A stretch of 64,000 bases of DNA from a bacterium. GTDB lineage: Bacteria; Electryoneota; JAOADG01. Position numbers and translations under genes: made by a program. Shown in pieces: positions 60,101-64,000 of the stretch; positions within the stretch are counted from its first letter, which is position 1; each line of letters opens with the position of its first letter. The notes under the pieces are model-generated. The model searched no databases, was not told the origin of the DNA, and saw only the letters and a list, made by a program, of their open reading frames with translations. The stretch is taken from contig OY820579.1 in NCBI GenBank assembly GCA_963681965.1, positions 2,848,001 to 2,912,000 of the forward strand. Reading direction: 5' to 3'.

Positions 60101-63100
60101 GCGGCATGCCAACTCAATGTTGCATTTTGCGGAACATTCACTTCATCGGTATTCGGTACTGGAGCATAGGGTTGTCCCAGAGTATAGAACAAGTATGCAG
60201 TATTGGCTGTGGGTTGCGGTGGACCATACTGTAAGAAACGCGATCCATTCCGATCCTGAATTGCGGCTGCTGAGAACGGACAGTTGCCCGACAGCGTGCC
60301 GTAGTTGACCATTGCTTGACCGTTATCGTAAATAATCACCTGAATAGCAAGTGGACCTTGGCTGCCAAGTGAATAGAAATTGGTGTAAGTAATGACCAAT
60401 CGGTTCGGATTGGTGAGTGCTTCGTATCTCACTGTAGTCTGTGAAACCGACATATCGTAGTTCCAGAAGTAAATTCCTGCTGGATACGATACAAACGGGA
60501 ATACCGTAGTGGTATAATTGTAAGCGTTGGCAGAACCAAACTGAATTCGACCATTCGTACCGATATAATACTGTGTATACGAGGTGTCATACCAGACAAT
60601 CGGGAATGGTGCAGTAAAGGGACCTGCCTGACCGTCATCGGTACTCGTCCAACCTGTTACGGTAACAGCATTGGTAGTTGGATCGATCCAGCTATACGCC
60701 GGACCGCCAGGTGCATTCGAGGTGATGTAGCGATATCCGAACGCATCGGGACCACCATGATTGATGTCATTCGTCGTAATCGAAGCAGATGGACCTGCTG
60801 CAGCTTCAACACCTAGACCGTTCACTGCGATGGCTTCGAAAGTATAGGTAACGCCGGAAGTCAAACCGGACACAACCTTATTCGCCCAACCCCCTCGGGT
60901 ACCCAAGAAGATACCCATCATATCTAGCGTACCGGCTGCAGTAATCCAGCGATTGGAAGTTGTCTCCCGCAATTTGTATCGAGTACTCGAACCGTTATTG
61001 TCGATTCCGATACTATTGACTTGAATCGTGTAGAAACCTTGTCCCGATGGACTAAGCGATGGCACGGTCGCCGGTACGGGATTCGTCCAGCTATTCGCGG
61101 TCGCATAGTTGACAGTTACTACATTGCCATTTTGTGCATACACACGATACCAATATTGACGACCCGGCGAACAAGTAGTATCGCGATAGGACGTCGTGTT
61201 CGGTGACGCAGTAACAAGTGCTGTATATGTTGTTCCATCGGTCGATCGAGTGATCGGGAAACCAGTTTCATTCGTCGAGTTATCCTGCCAAGTTAATGTC
61301 ATTGCCGTGGTTGAAGGCGCAGGATTGGTTGCGATCGCGCCATTGGATGGCGTTCCCGGAGCCGCACCCGAACCAGTAGTGAATGACCATACCGGACCGG
61401 GATTGAATAATGCAGTATCGTTACCAAACGCTACAACTCGCCAGTAATATGTGGTATTCGCTGCAAGCGTTGGAGTATACACAGTATCGGTCCCATGCGT
61501 CACGACTTGCGCCATCGGTGGGTTTTCAGTGTCGTAGAAGACATTGTAAGTCGTAGCTGCGATTGCAGGCGACCAACTCAGCGAAGTATTTGTCGGGACA
61601 CCGGTTGCTGCATCAGCAGGAATCGGGTTCGACGGTTGACCCAATCGATAGAACATGTACGCGGTATTCTGTACCGGGATTGGCGGTGCATACTGTAAGA
61701 ATCGAGCACCATTGCGATCTTGAATAGCAGCACCGGCTATTGGACAAGCTGCTGCCAGAGTACCGTAATTGACAATCACTAAGCCAGTTTCATATAGAAT
61801 GACTTGGCAGGCAATTGGACCTTGGCTACCCAGTGTGTAAAAGTTGGTGTAAGTAATCACCATTCGGGTTGGATTGGTCAAGCCTTCATACTTAACCGTC
61901 GTCTGGGATACCGACATATCGTAATTCCAGAAGTACACACCTGCGGGATATCCAGTAAACGGGAAAGTACCTGATGAATAGTTGTAAGGATCAGCTCTTC
62001 CAAACTGAATACGACCGTTCGTTCCAATATAGAATGTGGTGTACGTCGTGTCGTACCACGGGAACGTAAATCCGAAATTAAACGGACCGGTCTGACCGTC
62101 GTCGGTGCTCGTCCAACCAGTTACCGTAGTCGCGTTGCCAGTTGGATCAATCCAACTGTAAGTCGGACCGCCAGTCTGTGCATTCGACGTAATGTACCGG
62201 TAACCGTATCCATCAGGACCACCGTGATTGATATCGTTGGTGGTAACTGTAGCTGATGGTCCTATGGGAGCAGAAACACCTCGACCATTGAATGCCATTG
62301 CGGCAAAACGATAGGTTCCACCGGAAGTCAATCCGCTGACCACATAGTTCGACCAGGACGGTCTCGAGAACAATCGTGCCGACATCGAATCGAGTAGCGT
62401 TCCAGCTGTCGAAACCCACTGATTTGAGTTGAGTTCCTTAACACGGTACAGTGTATTCGGTCCATTCTGGTCTGCTCTCACAGTTATTCCAACAGTATAG
62501 AAACCTAGACCAGAAGGAATGACAGTCGGCGAAATCGCAGAAACCGGATTGGTCCACCCGCTGACTGAAGCATAATTGACCGATCGAGCGCTGGTATTTT
62601 CCGAATAGACTCGGAATTGATACATCACACTCGGGGATAAATTGGTAATCGTCCGAGCTGTCGAATTTGCCGGCGCTGTAGCGACCAATGTAAAAACGGT
62701 ATCGGTCGATGCTTTCGCATAAATCGGAAATCCCGTTTCATTATTGGAGTTATCGGTCCATGTGATTGCTATCGATGACGTCGTTGGAGTTGGATCGGTA
62801 GCAATTGCTGCATTCGATGGAGTGGCAGGAGCAGTACCCGTACCAGTTGTGAATGACCATGTTGGACTGGTTGTCGTCGTAACGGAATCCTGACCGAAAG
62901 CAACTACTTTCCAATAATATGTTGTTGCGGCCGAGAGCGTTGGCGTGTAGGTCGTACCAGTTTGATGCTCCGAAATCAACGCCACTGGTGGGTTTTCCGT
63001 ATCGAAATAAACATCGTAATAAATCGCTGCGATCGCAGAAGTCCAACTCAACGAAGTGTTCGTCGGGACGTTGGTTGAAGCGTTCGCTGGCAATGGGTCA

Positions 63101-64000
63101 GAAGCAGTACCCAATTTATAAATCAAATAAGAAACTTCGGAAACCGGCATTGGCGGTGCCCACATTAAACCGCGCGTACCGTTTCGATCCTGACTTCCAG
63201 CAGAATAGATGACTGGTGTGCCAGTTCGTGTTCCGTAGTTCACTCTAACTGCGCCATCCTGATACAAGACGACTTGAGCATTAATCAAGTTAGTAGTGTT
63301 GTATGCAATGTTCGTATACGTAATAACCAATCGAGTTGGATTAGTCAAGGCTTCATAGGTAACCGTTGCATTGGTAATATCCATATACTGGTTCCAGAAG
63401 TAAATACCTGCTGGGAACCCCGCATACGCGATCGGCATCGTCGTATTGTAATAATACCCTTGATTCTGTGCACCGAATTGAACACGACCTTCCGTTCCGC
63501 AATAGAACGTAGTAAAAGTAGTGTCATACCATGGGAAGCTAAACCCAATCTGGAACGGTCCAGCAGCACCGTAATAATTATTCGTCCAACCGGTAACGGT
63601 GGTTGCGTTCGCAGAAGGTGCGATCCATTCGTAGGTTATCGGGCTGATAGCCGCATTCGATGTGATAAACCGGTAGCCGTAACTGTCGGGACCGCCATGA
63701 TTCACATCGGCAGTTGTGATCGTTGCAGACGGACCAACCGGTGCAATAACATTCATTCCGTTGATAGCGTACACCGCAAAAGTATATGTCGCACCGGAAG
63801 TCAGACCGCTGATAGTAAAGTTATTCCAGCCAGCTCGAGACGTGGTTCGCATATTGGCGGCATCAAGCGTACCTGAAGGCGAAATCCACATATTCTGCGT
63901 GACTTCTTTCACTCGATAAAGTGTGTTCGGACCATTCAGATCGGCATTAACAGTCACATTGACTGTGTAGAAGCCTTGACCTGAAAGCGATAGCCCTGGA
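57145..64000 (-). CDS. Giant FN3/Ig-repeat surface protein with T9SS-type C-terminal domain (5' end outside window)
   Basis: Frame open to the window edge; three ~490-aa modules starting NHGGPDx(Y/F)GY; C-terminal QNYPNPFNP...GVYFYR. Confidence 0.88.
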   Translation of the reverse strand, partial: PGLSLSGQGFYTVNVTVNADLNGPNTLYRVKEVTQNMWISPSGTLDAANMRTTSRAGWNNFTISGLTSGATYTFAVYAINGMNVIAPVGPSATITTADVNHGGPDSYGYRFITSNAAISPITYEWIAPSANATTVTGWTNNYYGAAGPFQIGFSFPWYDTTFTTFYCGTEGRVQFGAQNQGYYYNTTMPIAYAGFPAGIYFWNQYMDITNATVTYEALTNPTRLVITYTNIAYNTTNLINAQVVLYQDGAVRVNYGTRTGTPVIYSAGSQDRNGTRGLMWAPPMPVSEVSYLIYKLGTASDPLPANASTNVPTNTSLSWTSAIAAIYYDVYFDTENPPVALISEHQTGTTYTPTLSAATTYYWKVVAFGQDSVTTTTSPTWSFTTGTGTAPATPSNAAIATDPTPTTSSIAITWTDNSNNETGFPIYAKASTDTVFTLVATAPANSTARTITNLSPSVMYQFRVYSENTSARSVNYASVSGWTNPVSAISPTVIPSGLGFYTVGITVRADQNGPNTLYRVKELNSNQWVSTAGTLLDSMSARLFSRPSWSNYVVSGLTSGGTYRFAAMAFNGRGVSAPIGPSATVTTNDINHGGPDGYGYRYITSNAQTGGPTYSWIDPTGNATTVTGWTSTDDGQTGPFNFGFTFPWYDTTYTTFYIGTNGRIQFGRADPYNYSSGTFPFTGYPAGVYFWNYDMSVSQTTVKYEGLTNPTRMVITYTNFYTLGSQGPIACQVILYETGLVIVNYGTLAAACPIAGAAIQDRNGARFLQYAPPIPVQNTAYMFYRLGQPSNPIPADAATGVPTNTSLSWSPAIAATTYNVFYDTENPPMAQVVTHGTDTVYTPTLAANTTYYWRVVAFGNDTALFNPGPVWSFTTGSGAAPGTPSNGAIATNPAPSTTAMTLTWQDNSTNETGFPITRSTDGTTYTALVTASPNTTSYRDTTCSPGRQYWYRVYAQNGNVVTVNYATANSWTNPVPATVPSLSPSGQGFYTIQVNSIGIDNNGSSTRYKLRETTSNRWITAAGTLDMMGIFLGTRGGWANKVVSGLTSGVTYTFEAIAVNGLGVEAAAGPSASITTNDINHGGPDAFGYRYITSNAPGGPAYSWIDPTTNAVTVTGWTSTDDGQAGPFTAPFPIVWYDTSYTQYYIGTNGRIQFGSANAYNYTTTVFPFVSYPAGIYFWNYDMSVSQTTVRYEALTNPNRLVITYTNFYSLGSQGPLAIQVIIYDNGQAMVNYGTLSGNCPFSAAAIQDRNGSRFLQYGPPQPTANTAYLFYTLGQPYAPVPNTDEVNVPQNATLSWHAAAAATGYNVYLGTTNPPADIVSTDQPGTSFAPAQLAANTTYYWKIAARNAASVNNSPIWSFTTGTGVTPTAPDSAWVTNASIISLQLHWRRTATNETGFPIYVSTADTGFVLDSTVASTLSVYTDNELLPNTQYYYRVHSANGTLRSTTFALTNGWTLASIPASPTVTSVGITSATVVINNDAEFPNPALTEYAVMVDSMYVQANGALGTTPVWKKMASWGNVVLFGLTANNDYAVRTKARNGANVETALSSSTTFTTQAAFELPFAQNFSGTAFPPPDWTVVNSDNSITWIRSTSSVSAACMPFYNYYPGNAQIDQLWSPPINTEDIQIGHVTFDWYFYNVTTNTYADTIEVVYSIDGGLTYSPFWVRSGIGTGETNLRVSPGTGGGYNTSPAVIDNWGHAETWLPTNAIGHPSVRIGFIAHNYYGPHFYVTNLSIEGAAPVEARGHVFRRDNSPVANASVRVHNIWTAQTDSSGRWSLQVPSGTWDVRISKPCMYPVVAYDNYVFTDTDTARFEDSLFVPQISASPSSLEFAMHRNEDQSQTVIVQDVGDWELDITNYISYPFDDAIDRVNPSGRLIPESISATTTMMRRGSNTNRRVPMMQLGNNSGASINTVWPIDAGSYEARDNLDGGAAYRWETITTATGAIEIWPGATQAYNAVAQVPIGFSFPFYNQQFDSLYVSSSGYLMLRNYASFPTYLALPDNYYQIAPFKYYNAHVTTSRYMYQVLDNPTRLVFTFEDVRYNNYTYQTNAAYAKTYQIILYSDGLIKFQYRNLGTLAPTTTGQGACAGIDNEGTGGINIYSDSLFYNSMSNYAVEFQNRPFQNFAIVSPEEAQIGESQILELSVSIHLDSTAIDNTDLAANMIIGTNACTTITIPVVIHVLPDSVNVNEVATGIPTAYKLHQNYPNPFNPATEIRFDLKNPGLTRLTIYNALGQEVTTLVNSYLPAGYHSVRFQGDALATGVYFYRIESGKFTSIKKMVMVK

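Noticed and set aside
315-63919. Most 60-200 aa ORFs of the track overlapping long genes
   Set aside because: Antisense or alternate-frame shadows of well-supported CDSs.
1-64000. CRISPR array, retron/DGR reverse transcriptase, rRNA
   Set aside because: No regularly spaced repeat-spacer array, RT motifs or rRNA-like sequence seen.

Overview
Bacterial chromosome segment, probably from an FCB-superphylum lineage (inferred from T9SS-type C-terminal sorting domains, a moxR-bat operon and a short RpoD). Host regions (1-15.3 kb and 38.6-64 kb) carry moxR/DUF58/batABC, an exonuclease-DinG fusion, gcvPB, HD-GYP, nupC, a secreted EEP nuclease, TIR-Sel1, an aminotransferase, a 5'-nucleotidase, rpmG plus a bL38-like neighbour, TrmJ, RpoD and a giant repeat surface protein. 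Between them, two tyrosine-integrase elements sit in tandem in the anticodon stem-loop of one tRNA-Pro(GGG) gene. Element 1 (about 5.3 kb) displaced the 3' half of the tRNA and element 2 (about 17.9 kb) displaced the 5' half. The only intact copy in this window (20641-20714) therefore lies at their junction, and the putative host tRNA promoter now points into integrase 2. Element 2 encodes two AEP primase-like proteins, a cassette of small phage-type genes (one resembling the T7 Ocr DNA mimic) each preceded by a hairpin leader, and an 8-gene operon in which a Type I RM system is interleaved with three nuclease-like and two coiled-coil/membrane genes. All calls come from reading the sequence; no searches were run.
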